Both the position numbers and the translations under genes were made by a program. Positions 32,451 to 42,885 of a stretch of 64,000 nt of DNA are shown one piece after another. Under the pieces are notes generated by a model. That model did no database searches. It was given only the letters and a program-made list of their open reading frames with translations, and was not told the origin of the DNA. The stretch is from a bacterium (GTDB lineage: Bacteria > UBA10199 > DSSB01), in contig JASOAK010000004.1 in NCBI GenBank assembly GCA_048499175.1, positions 36,373 to 100,372 on the forward strand. The letters are read 5' to 3'. Within the stretch, counting starts at the first letter, position 1. Every line of letters starts with the position of its first letter.

Positions 32451-32487
32451 GGCCGCTCCCGCGTGGAAGGGGGCGGCCCTTTTTTTA
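32451..32487. terminator. Bidirectional rho-independent terminator between convergent genes
   Basis: GGGCCGCTCCC-gcgtggaa-GGGGGCGGCCC followed by TTTTTTT. Confidence 0.7.
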
Positions 32488-33750
32488 CTGTGCCAAATCC
32501 ATGCGCACGATCCGATCGCCGCCGAACAGCGTGACGCCGTAGAGCAGACCGTCCGCCGGGTTTTCGTGCAGGCCAGTCAGGCCTTCGATGTGGCCGATGT
32601 GTTGGTCACCAGTGACACGATCCAAAAAATCCAGGGTTGCCAAGCGCACCCAACCTTTAAAAAACTCATTATAAATAAGCTTATTGGTAAATACCCCACC
32701 ATATTGATCTCCCGTATAAAACGCAGAGACCATGATGGACTTGGCACTGGAACTGTTATCCTCAGGGTCCTGATCGTTGAAGGTGTTATCCCCATGCGCA
32801 TAGCCGTGGATCGGGTTTACAAAACCCAACGTGCAAGGCCCCTCACAATCCGCCCAACCGTAATTTTCATCCTGGTGATAGACGCAGTTGATCTCTTCAA
32901 AGGCACCGCTGCCTCCCGAACCGACGTCGCCCAAAAACAAATCCCCCTCGTCATCCACCACAATGGTAAAGGGATTTCTCAGGCCCAAAGAATAACCTGT
33001 AGGTAATAGGCCCAGGTCGCTCACATTGTCCGAAGTGTAACCGCCGTCCCCATCCCTATCAGGAATAATGCGATGGATTTTCCCGAGGGGGCTGGTCAAA
33101 TCCTGGGCGGTCTGGGGAGTGTCGCCACCGTCTCCAACCCCAATGGCCAAATGGTTAAAATCCATAAACACCATACTGCCACCGTTATGTCTGTCGGCAT
33201 CAGAAGTCTTGGGAAATTCGATAACCAGCGCGGGGTTACTTAGACTGAAACTCGGCGTAGCCTGACTTGTATCGACATTCACCTCGTACTGTTCAACGCG
33301 ATTGATATCGAAGGAACCAGGACGCGTGGTGTAATAAAAATAAACATACCGATTGGTCGAACCATCATAGAGGGGATCGGCAACGACATTCAACAGACCC
33401 CGCTCCCCTCCATCCACAAAGTCGCCGTTAAACGAATTGATATCTTCTGAACCAACCACCGAAAAATCGCTTCGGAGGTAATAGACAGCTCCTCCTTTAC
33501 CGATAACGATAGCCTCGCCGTTTTGTCCCGGTAAAAATTCCAAATCAATAAGGTCCATGGCGATAGGGCTTCCCACCTCGGTAAATACAACCTGTATCGG
33601 CGTATCGCCGCCACCGCCACCCCCGCCGCCTCCTCCACCGCCTCCACCACCGCCCCCGTTGTCGGCGGTGCCGCCGGAGCCGCAGGCCCCCAAGGCGAGC
33701 GAGCCCGCGGTCAGAAGACAGGTCGCGATGTATTTCCATCGATTGCGCAT
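32485..33750 (-). CDS. Lipoprotein, PQQ-dependent sugar (glucose/sorbosone) dehydrogenase family beta-propeller, with poly-Gly linker
   Basis: Lipobox LALGAC. G17 linker. The conserved PLGKIHRIIPD...LRNPF block is typical of this dehydrogenase family. Confidence 0.75.
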   Translation of the reverse strand: MRNRWKYIATCLLTAGSLALGACGSGGTADNGGGGGGGGGGGGGGGGGDTPIQVVFTEVGSPIAMDLIDLEFLPGQNGEAIVIGKGGAVYYLRSDFSVVGSEDINSFNGDFVDGGERGLLNVVADPLYDGSTNRYVYFYYTTRPGSFDINRVEQYEVNVDTSQATPSFSLSNPALVIEFPKTSDADRHNGGSMVFMDFNHLAIGVGDGGDTPQTAQDLTSPLGKIHRIIPDRDGDGGYTSDNVSDLGLLPTGYSLGLRNPFTIVVDDEGDLFLGDVGSGGSGAFEEINCVYHQDENYGWADCEGPCTLGFVNPIHGYAHGDNTFNDQDPEDNSSSAKSIMVSAFYTGDQYGGVFTNKLIYNEFFKGWVRLATLDFLDRVTGDQHIGHIEGLTGLHENPADGLLYGVTLFGGDRIVRMDLAQ

Positions 33751-33796
33751 AATTACCTCGAGATGTTTCGCGCGGAGCGCCGGGCGAAAGGTTAAG

Positions 33797-34510
33797 CTAT
33801 TTCACGAGCGAGGCAAAGCCCCGCGCCGTTTGTCGGGCGCAGCGATTCAAAACACCGATATGCCGCGCCGTCAAGGCCTCGATATCGCGCCACTTCTCCT
33901 CCAGCCCGGCGGCGGCGATCTCGGCGCGGCCCTCGCGGTGCCACTCGGCGATCATCGCGGGCGTCATCTCGGCGTGGAATTGCAGTCCGTAGGCCTTGTC
34001 CCCGTAGCGGAAGGCCTGGTGCAGGAACATTTCGGAGGAGGCGAGGAGCTTGGCGCCCAAAGGCAGCTCGAAGGTCTCGCCGTGCCACTGGAACATCTCG
34101 AGGCGCGGCGGAAAATCCCCGAAGAGCGGGTCGCCTTGGGCCTCGGGGCGCGTCCATAGCGGATACCAGCCGATCTCCTTTTGCGCCCCGGGATAGACCC
34201 GCACGCCTAGGGCCTTCGCCAAGAGCTGGGAGCCCAGGCAGACGCCCAGGAAGGGGAGATCGGACTTCAGCGTCTCCTCGATCAGGCGGAGCTCTTCGCG
34301 GAGGAAGGGAAGCCGGCCGGCGTCGTTGGCGCTCATCGGGCCGCCCATCACGACGACGCCGTCGCAGGCGCCGGAGTCAACCTTGAGGCGGCTTAGGTCC
34401 TCGCGCCAGGATTCCACCGTGCGCAGCTCGAGGCCCGCCTCGCGGAAGGCCGCCTCGAAGGCGCCGAGGCCTTCGTGCGGGACGTGTTGAAAGATCAGGA
34501 GCTTTGGCAT
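33797..34510 (-). CDS. Class-I glutamine amidotransferase-like protein
   Basis: GVCLGSQLL nucleophile elbow and the HAE catalytic pair (LQFHAE). Confidence 0.75.
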   Translation of the reverse strand: MPKLLIFQHVPHEGLGAFEAAFREAGLELRTVESWREDLSRLKVDSGACDGVVVMGGPMSANDAGRLPFLREELRLIEETLKSDLPFLGVCLGSQLLAKALGVRVYPGAQKEIGWYPLWTRPEAQGDPLFGDFPPRLEMFQWHGETFELPLGAKLLASSEMFLHQAFRYGDKAYGLQFHAEMTPAMIAEWHREGRAEIAAAGLEEKWRDIEALTARHIGVLNRCARQTARGFASLVK

Positions 34511-34563
34511 AGGACGAATCTCGCGGGCCTTATCTCTGATAAATACGGTTTTTGACCAAACCC

Positions 34564-34625
34564 GTAGGGGCAGGCCCCCGCGCCTGCCCCGCGGCGTTTG
34601 GGCGGGCACAGGGGCCCGCCCCTAC
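34564..34625. repeat. REP-like palindrome GTAGGGGCAGGCCC...GGGCCCGCCCCTAC, 5 bp upstream of the mutY ATG
   Basis: 14-bp terminal inverted repeat with one mismatch. Confidence 0.7.
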
Positions 34626-34629
34626 AAAA

Positions 34630-35703
34630 ATGGAAACTTCATTCCAACAAAATTTCCGCGAGAAACTCCTCGATTGGTACCAAAAACACAAGCGCGATCT
34701 GCCCTGGCGCCGCAGCCGCGACCCCTACGCGATCTGGGTGAGCGAGATCATGCTCCAGCAGACCCAGGTCGCCACCGTCATTCCCTACTACGAACGATTC
34801 TTGAAAAAGTTCCCGACGATCGCCGCCCTGGCCCGCGCCGAGGAAGAGGAGGTCTTGGCCCTATGGGCCGGCTTAGGCTACTACCGCCGCGCCAAGCTCC
34901 TACAGCGCGGCGCGCGGGCCGTGGCCGAGCGCCACGGCGGGAGGCTCCCCGACGACCCCGAGGCCCTGCGGGAACTCCCCGGCATCGGGCCCTATACCGC
35001 CGGGGCCATCGCCTCCATCGCCTTCCGGCGGCCCAGCCCCTTGGTCGACGGCAACGTCGTGCGGGTCCTCGCGCGGGTCTTCTCACGGAAGGGCCATGCG
35101 AAGGACGCGCGCCTGCAGAAAGAAATTTGGGCCCTCGCCGCCGACCTGGTCGACCCCGTGCACCCGGGCGACTTCAACCAGGCCCTGATGGAATTGGGCG
35201 CGACCCTCTGCCGCGTCGCCCTGCCCTCCTGCGAGCGCTGCCCCGTCCAGGGCCTCTGCGCGGCGCACCGGGGCGGCGAGCCCGAGACCTTCCCCGAGAG
35301 CCCGCCGCCGCAAAAGACCCTGCGGCTGCAACGCGCGGCGGCCGTGGCCCTGCGGGGCGGGTCGGTCCTGCTGGTCAAGCCCCGCGCCGCCCGCTGGTTC
35401 CAGGGCCTCTGGGGACTGCCCCACGAGTATTGCGCCGAGGCGCCGGCCTCCGAGGCCGCTCTGGGCGAGTGCCTGCGAAACCACCTGGGCCTGGCCCTGA
35501 CCCAGCCGCATCCCCTCCCCGCCACCACCCACGCGATCACCCAGCACCGCATCACCACCTGGGCCTGGCGGGGAGAAGCCAAGGGCCGCCTCAAGGCCGC
35601 CGGTCCCTTCTCCGAGGCCCGATTCTTCACGCGGCAAGAGCTGGCGGGGGCCGCCCTGCCCAATTTCGACCGCAAGGTCCTGGCGGCGGCAGAGCTAATC
35701 TAG
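34630..35703 (+). CDS. mutY: A/G-specific adenine DNA glycosylase
   Basis: HhH-GPD core (LPGIGPYTAGAIASIAF). [4Fe-4S] Cys cluster C-x6-C-x2-C-x5-C. C-terminal NUDIX-like domain. Confidence 0.9.
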   Translation: METSFQQNFREKLLDWYQKHKRDLPWRRSRDPYAIWVSEIMLQQTQVATVIPYYERFLKKFPTIAALARAEEEEVLALWAGLGYYRRAKLLQRGARAVAERHGGRLPDDPEALRELPGIGPYTAGAIASIAFRRPSPLVDGNVVRVLARVFSRKGHAKDARLQKEIWALAADLVDPVHPGDFNQALMELGATLCRVALPSCERCPVQGLCAAHRGGEPETFPESPPPQKTLRLQRAAAVALRGGSVLLVKPRAARWFQGLWGLPHEYCAEAPASEAALGECLRNHLGLALTQPHPLPATTHAITQHRITTWAWRGEAKGRLKAAGPFSEARFFTRQELAGAALPNFDRKVLAAAELI

Positions 35704-35821
35704 GATGGACTTTCCGGGCGGGCCTGTGGCAGGGTCAGCAACTCTTGTGGGGAAATAGGCCGAAAATAAGTACAGAGGCCATGGATTCCCCCCGAAGCCG
35801 GGCCTTCAGAAGGTAATTGGT

Positions 35822-36055
35822 ATGAGTAAAATCCCCCAACCGCCCAGCCAAGAAATCCGACCGGGCTCGGTGCTCGGCTCGGAGAGCCTCCCCTTCGAAT
35901 CGCTGATCTTCTCGAACGACGGCGAGGCCAAGCCCGCCGACCGTCCCACGGCCGAGGCCGCCCGCTCCCGCTACGTCTCGGGCGACGACCCCGCGCGCCG
36001 GGTCGCCGAGGCCCCGCGCCCGGCCTTCTCCAAGCTGTTTCGGCCGAATTCCTAG
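35822..36055 (+). CDS. Hypothetical small protein (77 aa)
   Basis: ORF with an AAGG motif upstream. No recognised motif. Confidence 0.2.
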   Translation: MSKIPQPPSQEIRPGSVLGSESLPFESLIFSNDGEAKPADRPTAEAARSRYVSGDDPARRVAEAPRPAFSKLFRPNS

Positions 36056-36182
36056 GCCTGCACCGCCTCCGAAAAAAACGCATTTTTTAACCGGCTGCTG
36101 CCAAACCGCCGGTGGCTTGGCGTGGACCGCATCCCGTCGCGTTCGCTTCCGCCCCTCCGCAGACACTGGACAGGGTTCCATA

Positions 36183-36208
36183 TTTAGGGATATAATTAGT
36201 TCCTAAAT
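36183..36208. promoter_or_regulatory. Promoter/operator of the TA operon: TATAAT box flanked by inverted repeat ATTTAGGGA / TCCTAAAT
   Basis: AT-rich sequence. The palindrome overlaps the -10 box, as expected for antitoxin autoregulation. Confidence 0.45.
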
Positions 36209-36220
36209 TAAGGATCTTCG

Positions 36221-36454
36221 ATGGCGCTTAAATTAAACATCCGCCCGGAATTAGAGGAAGAAATCGACCGGCTCCTGCCCAAGGCCCAGGTTCGCTCCAA
36301 GACGGAATACATCAACCGCGCCATCGAGCTGTATAACCGGCAACTCAAGCGGGAATTAGAGCTCAACAAGCTGAAGGAATATTTTCCCTCCTACCGCAAG
36401 GAAGCCAAGGCCGTCCTGCATGACTTCTCCAGAATCACAAATGACGGAGATTAA
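36221..36454 (+). CDS. Type II antitoxin (small helical/RHH-like) paired with MazF/PemK toxin
   Basis: 77 aa, immediately upstream of the toxin and overlapping it. Confidence 0.55.
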   Translation: MALKLNIRPELEEEIDRLLPKAQVRSKTEYINRAIELYNRQLKRELELNKLKEYFPSYRKEAKAVLHDFSRITNDGD

Positions 36455-36788
36455 GCGGGGCTTCTGTTACCTCGTGGACATGAACCCGCCGCGACGCTCC
36501 AAGCCCGGAAAGGTCCGGCCCGTCATCGTCATTCAGTCCTCGGATACCTTGAACATCGGAAGTCCCGGTGTCGTGGTGCTCCCCCTGACCACCCAGCTGC
36601 GCGAATCCAATATTCTAAGAATTCGCCTCGAGCCCTCGGCGTCGCTTCAAATCGGCAAAGCCTCGGACGCGCTGTTGGACCAGGTTCACACCATCGACCG
36701 CGGTCTATTTCTTAAAGAATTGGGTCCCGTTCCGGAGGCTCAAATGGAGGCTGTGGAGACAGGTGTGCGATTCCTACTGAATTTTTAA
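36441..36788 (+). CDS. MazF/PemK-family endoribonuclease toxin
   Basis: IKRGFCYLVDMNPPRRSKPGKVRPVIVIQSSDTLNIGSPGVVVLPLTTQ is the canonical PemK/MazF fold. Confidence 0.8.
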   Translation: MTEIKRGFCYLVDMNPPRRSKPGKVRPVIVIQSSDTLNIGSPGVVVLPLTTQLRESNILRIRLEPSASLQIGKASDALLDQVHTIDRGLFLKELGPVPEAQMEAVETGVRFLLNF

Positions 36789-36858
36789 GCGAAACTCCGA
36801 AATCGGAGGCCCGCACACGCCCGCCCGCCGGGAATTTCGACGATTTCCCCGCCCCTGT

Positions 36859-37344
36859 TCAGTAATTGAACCCGTTGCGGCGGAGATGCACCATCGGCTG
36901 CCCCTCTTCCTCGTTCCCGGCGTTCACCACCTCGGCGACGAAGATCTGGTGGTCGCCCGCGTCGTACTGATGGCGCAACTCGCATTCCAGGAAACAGAGG
37001 CAGTTTTTCAGGATGGGCACCCCCAGCGATTGCCGTTCGGTCTTGATGCCGGAGAAGGGATCCTGACCCGGCTCGAAGCCGCGGCCGAAGTGCGAAAGCA
37101 TGTCCTTCTGCCCGGTGTGCAGGATGTTGAGGGCGAGCTTCTTGGAATGCTGGATCATCTCCGCGACCGGGCGGCCCCGCTTCACCGCGAAGGAAACCAT
37201 CGGCGGCTCGAAGCTCACCTGCTGGAACCACGAGGCCAGCATGGCGCCGGGCATGTCCTTGTCCAGGGTGGTAAGGACGGCGACCCCGCTGGCGATACGC
37301 CCCAAGGCCTGGCCGATTTTGTCTTTGTGGGTGTGTTCCGACAT
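36859..37344 (-). CDS. Flavin reductase-like (NAD(P)H:flavin oxidoreductase, HpaC-like) domain protein
   Basis: GVAVLTT...SFEPPMVSF flavin-reductase core. Confidence 0.8.
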   Translation of the reverse strand: MSEHTHKDKIGQALGRIASGVAVLTTLDKDMPGAMLASWFQQVSFEPPMVSFAVKRGRPVAEMIQHSKKLALNILHTGQKDMLSHFGRGFEPGQDPFSGIKTERQSLGVPILKNCLCFLECELRHQYDAGDHQIFVAEVVNAGNEEEGQPMVHLRRNGFNY

Positions 37345-37470
37345 AAAAACGCTCCTTTACGCATCTATTTTAAGGATCTCTCCCCCTCCGTGAAAAGGCC
37401 AGAAAAATCCTTATCAAGCGCGGAAGCCCCCGGATTGACCGGCCTTCGGGATCATTATATAGCTTCCAAG

Positions 37471-38454
37471 ATGCCAAGCGCCGAAACCAAAATCCCAATC
37501 GAGGCCTCCCCGACGGCGGAAACTCTAGCCTGGGAAGAGACCCAAGAGGATCTCTACGAGCTCGGCGGGGCCGATCGAAAAAATTTTCTCAATGCCTACG
37601 TCACCCAGGACATCAAGAATTTGGCGGTCGACCGCGCGACCTCGGCCGCCTTCCTGACGCAAAAAGGGAAACTGGTCAGCACGGTCCGGGTGCTGCACCT
37701 CCCCGAACGGATCCTCCTGTTATTCCCTCAGGGCTACGGGGCGAAGACCGAGTCCCACCTGGCGACTTATTTGATGTTCGCCAACGTCACCCTGAAAAAG
37801 CTTGAAGGGGAATTCGCGCACTTCGCCTTCGCGGGCTCCAAGGCACGTTCCTTGCTTGAGGCCCGGCTCGGCCTCCCCCTCGAGCCGGCGGCCCAGGCCC
37901 TCGCGCGCGCGCAGTGGGGCGGGGCCGAGGTCCTGCTCTTCCCCCATCCCGATGATCCGGAGCGCTGGGATCTCCTGGCCCCCGTCGCGGCGACCCCGGT
38001 TCTGCGCGATCAGATCTCCGCTTGGCGGAAGACGGGGGAGCTGGATGAGGCCGCTCCGGAGGCGCTCGAGCGCCGGCGCATCGAGCTCGGCATCCCCAAG
38101 CTGGGCGTGGACATGGGCGAGGACAACCTGGTCGCCGAGGTCGGCCTCGACGAGCGGGCGACCAGCTTCAACAAGGGCTGCTATCTCGGCCAAGAGACCA
38201 CCGCCCGGGTACAGAGCCGGGGCCACGTCAACCGGAAGCTGAGCCGAGTGCGACTCGACCAGGCTTTTTCCGGGACCTTGCCCGTAGAAGTGTTTCAAGG
38301 CGATAAAAAGGTCGGGATGTTGACTTCGGCGGCGGAATCGCCGAGGTACGGCGGGTGGATCGGGCTGGCGACGGTGGCCTTGAAGGCTTGGGAGGTCCCG
38401 GAGAAGATTTTTGCGGCAGCCGGCGACGGAAAGATCCCCATCGAAAAATGGTAG
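37471..38454 (+). CDS. ygfZ: Folate-binding Fe-S cluster repair protein YgfZ (GcvT-like)
   Basis: Signature KGCYLGQE motif. GcvT-like N-terminal domain. Confidence 0.8.
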   Translation: MPSAETKIPIEASPTAETLAWEETQEDLYELGGADRKNFLNAYVTQDIKNLAVDRATSAAFLTQKGKLVSTVRVLHLPERILLLFPQGYGAKTESHLATYLMFANVTLKKLEGEFAHFAFAGSKARSLLEARLGLPLEPAAQALARAQWGGAEVLLFPHPDDPERWDLLAPVAATPVLRDQISAWRKTGELDEAAPEALERRRIELGIPKLGVDMGEDNLVAEVGLDERATSFNKGCYLGQETTARVQSRGHVNRKLSRVRLDQAFSGTLPVEVFQGDKKVGMLTSAAESPRYGGWIGLATVALKAWEVPEKIFAAAGDGKIPIEKW

Positions 38455-38469
38455 GGACGAAATGACCGC

Positions 38470-40193
38470 ATCAACCCCACAACCCTATCCTATCGACGAG
38501 GCCCGCAGAAGAAACGCTAAACTCCGGACCGACGCCTTTTCCGGGTTACTGCGAGCGGCTACCGCAAACTATTATGCGAGAATTTTCCCGGTGGGTGCCG
38601 TCCTGATCCCCTGCCGCGCTGCGGCCCTTACGTTCAAGCGATCTATGCCTTCGCGGCAAGCCGTGCCGACGCCCATTATCGCCGACGAGGAATACCTTCC
38701 CTCGGCCGAGCGCGCCCGCGCTGAACGCCTGGCAGGGGGCTGCTGGCATCTGGCTTTCGTCCCCGTCAACCACCTCCGGCGTCTTTCTCGCCCGCGAGAC
38801 GATGCGCAAGTTCCAGATCCCGACCCAGTTTGGTCGACCTCGTCACCGCCTTCAAGTGGGACGTCGAGGTTTGCCACCCCGCCTCAAGGACGTCCTGTAC
38901 TACTGCCGCCAAGCCAATCCGGTCGGGCGCCTGGTCCTGCTGCTGTTGGCTACCGCGACGAGACTCCTGATGTTGCTCTCCGGACAAGATCTGCTCGGCC
39001 CTTGCAATTGGCGAACTTCTGGCAGGACGTCTCCGTCGACCTCTTTGAAGAACCGCATCTACTGTTGGAGGACCTGAAGCGCTTGAGGTGGCCGGAGGCC
39101 GAGCGCTTCGAGAGTGGCCTCGCCGCCTGGCGAGCTGATGCGCTTCGAGTGGAGCGCACCGAAGAGATGTTCCGCGAGGGCGCCCCGCTGGTCTACGGCA
39201 CTGCGTCGGCTGCGCTCGAGCTGAAGTGCACGGTGTTGCGGATGGAAATTTTAAAGCAAAGGTGCGGCAACTGACTTCAACACGTCGGAGACCTCGCCCG
39301 ACCTTCTCGAAGCGAGACAAGGCCCGCCGGTTCTGTTTCCGGCGGCTCCTGTTGCCCAGGGCCGCCTCCCTGCTCCGCGAGACGGCGGTCGAAGTGTTTC
39401 TCCATCACCGTCCCCGCCGACGAGGGCACGCCCCCATGAAAACCCAAGCCCCTGATGCTCTATCACCGTCGCGCGCCCCCGCGACGCCCAAACGGTTTCA
39501 TTCCTTCTGGCCCTGCCGCCGGAGCGGGTGCGAAGGCATCTCTCGGCATTTACGGCCCTAAGTCGCGTGGTGGATGACGCGGTCGACGAGCACGGCCGTG
39601 AGCGCTCAAAGCTGGCTTTTTGGCGGAAGAGATCGCCGCCTCGCTATTCGCGCACCCGGTGACCCGGGCGATGCAGCAAACGATCCGGCTGCTGAAATCC
39701 CGTAGTGCTACCTCGACCTCTTGGTCGAGGCTGCGAGATGCACCTGCGCAAGAAACGCCATGAGAATTTCCCCAAGAGCTCTTACGAATACCGTTACCGG
39801 GTCGGGCGTGATCGTGGCCTGGTCTGCATGAAGCCCTGGCCTGGAGGGGAAGCGAGGCCGGAGACCTCCGCGGTGGACCTGGGCCTGGCCTTGCAGTTGA
39901 CGAACATCCTGCGCGACATCAAGGTCGACGCCGCATTGGGCCGAATTTATATACCGCAGGCCGGAAATTCAAAAAATTCGGCTTAACTGAACAGGATCTG
40001 CTTGCCGGAAAACAGCCCACCCAGCCCTGCCTTACCAGGTCGAGCGCGCCCAGGGCTATTTCGACCGGGCCTTCGCCGCGATGAAGCAGCCTCGCGCAAG
40101 CTCCCCTGATCGCGGCGTGGACTGGGGGAAGACCTACCGCCGTGATCCTGAAAATCCACGCGCCGATACGACGTCTTCAATAAAAACCCATCA
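38470..40193 (+). pseudogene. Two tandem squalene/phytoene-synthase-family genes (hpnC/hpnD-like), heavily frameshifted
   Basis: Two YAFxRxxDDxxDE-like blocks (about 38640-38690 and 39536-39580). DxxxD/LQLTNILRDIKVDAALGRIYIPQ block at 39885-39960. FGLTEQDLLAGK, QVERAQGYFDRAF and C-terminal xAVILKI segments each sit in a different frame. Confidence 0.5.
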
Positions 40194-40291
40194 AGCTCTC
40201 CAAATGGCAAAAAGTTGATCGCGAAAGATTTTCTTAATCGGAATTCGCTTTTTAGTATATATGTATTTTTTAATTTTATGACGTGTTTAAT

Positions 40292-40320
40292 TTGACATAT
40301 ACCTAAATTGTCTCATAATG
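40292..40320 (+). promoter_or_regulatory. Near-consensus sigma70-like promoter (TTGACA-N16/17-CATAAT) inside a 200-bp AT-rich block
   Basis: Read directly from the sequence. No intact ORF lies downstream. Confidence 0.35.
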
Positions 40321-41467
40321 GCTTTGTGCCGCATTTCCGGATCCCGTTTTTGAAAAAACCCTAAAGAATTCGATGGGTTGTCTCCCATCGTCGCCTTGGT
40401 GGGGGGAAGACAAACCGGCAAAACAACGTTTGAAGAAGCTTGCCGGCGATTATGTCTCCTTCTCGACGACCCGCAATTGAGATCGCTTTTCCAAGTCCGG
40501 CAAGTTTATCCTGGCCGAGGCTAAAAAAACCTTTTGGACGAAGTTCGTGGCCTCCCGGTCTTCGACCTGCCTCGCTGGTCGTCGACTTTAATTCAATATT
40601 TGATCAGCGGCTCCATCCGCTTTTCTCCAAAAAAACATCCGCGAATTTCGACGGCAGGTCCGTCACCTGGGACCGCTCCCGCCGTGACCATCGCCGAAAC
40701 GCTGGAAATTCACTTATCGAATTGGCTGGATTCCCCTGCCCAAAAAATGCGAAATCACGAATCGCTGCTTGCCGGTTCAAAGCCAAAGCCGGCTGCTTTC
40801 GCAAATCCACTCTTATCTGAAAAAGAAAGAGGCGGGATTGCCCGGTGATTGTTTCTCCTATGACGAAACCAAAGGGAGATTGGCAATCGAAAATTATTCG
40901 ACACCCTGTTGGGAAGAGACCTGTTGTCTGTGCTCAATACAAAATTGAGGCCCGCCCACTGCTTCAGCCGCAGGCTGCAGACCTGCCCAACAGCAAGGTT
41001 CTCCTCAACTTCGAACATCGCCTCGCTCCTGCCTGAGCGTGCCGATTTGCAAGCCGCTGCGGGCGCTTTGATCGTCCCCCCATGGGAAAGGATGGTATTG
41101 GAGGATCAGGGCGTCGCCACCTATTTGATGCGCGGCCGCTTCTCCCCAACCGCACCGCAAACCCAACGCTGAACTACGAGCTCAGGCCTGCATTCTGAAA
41201 AAGAGCACTGGAGTATTGTCGGAATACACCTCACAAGAGGCGCACGTCCCCTTCGTTCTCGAGAATCGCCAGCGAAATCTGGGTGTGGCGATTACAGTTA
41301 GCTAATTTTTGGGCCCTTACGGAGTAGCGTCTTCCTTGAAAAGCCTCTATTCCTTTCGAGACAAGGTTTTTGCTCTTACCTTTATCCATTTACATGCCGG
41401 AGAGGTTTTCACCTCCATAAAAACCTTTCCATGCCGGCCCTTGCCTTAATGAGCGAAATCCGGCTTT

Positions 41468-42885
41468 TCCCCTGAAGAATCGTTTAACCCTCGCACTAGC
41501 TTTTCTCCCGGCTTCACTAAAAAGCCTTGGTCGATTAACGGAAAAAGCGACGTCCTGATCGCCGGCGGCGGCTTCGCCGGTCTTCGCTGCGGCGGCCCTG
41601 GTGCGCGCGCCGCTGTCCGCCTGCGTCTGAAAAAGCGCGTTTTTCTTTCGGCGGTCGCGCCCATCCCCTTCAAAGAGCCCAAGACCGGCGAGACCCGGAC
41701 AACGGCCAGCACCTGATGATGGGCTGCTATCACGAGACCTTCGAGTTCCTGCGCGACCTGGGCACCCTCGAGCGCCTGGAGATCCAAAAAACCTTGAGCG
41801 TCGGCTTCGCCGAGGATGCCCGCCACGTCTACGAGTTGAAGTGCCCCAACCTCCCGGCCCCGCTGCACCTGGCCTGGGGCCTGCTGAGCTACCGCGGCCT
41901 CGCCTGGCCGGACAAGAAGGCGATGCTGGCCCTGATGAGGCTCAGCAGGCAGGCCCGAAACGGCCGGGCGGAAGAGCTGGACGAGCTCTCGGTGCGCGAA
42001 CTCCTCGCTCGGACCGGCCAGACGAAGGACGCGGTGGAAAAATTCTGGGAGCCGGTGGCCCTGGCGACGCTCAACGAGTCGCTCGACCTGGCCAGCGCCC
42101 GCCTCTTCGTCGAGGTCCTGCGCCGCGGCCTGCTCTCGAAGAAGTCGGACTCCAATCTGGCGACCGCCCGGGTGGGCCTAAGCGAGCTCTACGCCAACCC
42201 GATGCGGGACTACCTCGAAAGCCGAGGCGCTCCCATCTCCTTCAACGCCCAGGCGACCCGCCTCGGCCGCGATGGCACCGGCTTTCTCGTCGAAACGAAC
42301 ACCGGCGAGCGCCTGAGCGCCGACCAAGCGATCCTCGCCGTGCCGCCCAACGCCCTGGCCAAGCTGCTCGCCGCGAGCGATCCGGAATTCCAGGGCCTCG
42401 TCCCCGAGCTGGGCCGCTTCGGCAGCGCGCCGATCGTCTCGATCAACCTCTGGTTCGAGGATTTTCACCCGCGGCAGCGCATGCTAGGCCTGGTGAACAG
42501 CCCCATCCACTGGGTCTTCGACAAGGCCAAGATCCTCACCGGCGAAAAGAGCTCGCACCTCACGCTGGTGGTCAGCGGCGCCCACGCCCTGGCGCAGGAG
42601 GGCAAAGACAACCTGGTGAAGCTCGCCGTCGCCGAACTGCAGCGATTCTTCCCCGAGCTGGAAGGCAAGCGCCTGCTTCACTCGCAGGTGGTGAAGGAGC
42701 TCGAGGCCACCTTCAGCGCCCAACGCGGCCTCAACCGCTACCGCCCCGCGACGCGCACGACGCTGCCCGGCCTCTTCCTGGCGGGCGACTGGACCGACAC
42801 CGGCCTCCCCGCCACCATCGAGAGCGCCGTCTTAAGCGGCCACCGCGCCGCCGCCGAAATTTTGGAGTCGAAAAATGTCCGCTAA
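41468..42885 (+). pseudogene. hpnE: Hydroxysqualene dehydroxylase HpnE (FAD-dependent amine-oxidase family): N-terminal FAD-binding segment frameshifted, C-terminal 389 aa intact
   Basis: DVLIAGGGFAGL (GxGxxG) in one frame, AAALVRA in a second, LGGRA...DNGQH in a third, then a continuous ORF from MMGCYHETFEFLRDLG to the stop. Confidence 0.55.

Noticed and set aside
40440-41200. Third squalene-synthase-like gene or other CDS in the spacer between the hpnD and hpnE remnants
   Set aside because: Only vague resemblance (EDQG...YL...GR) and no continuous frame. Too weak to call.
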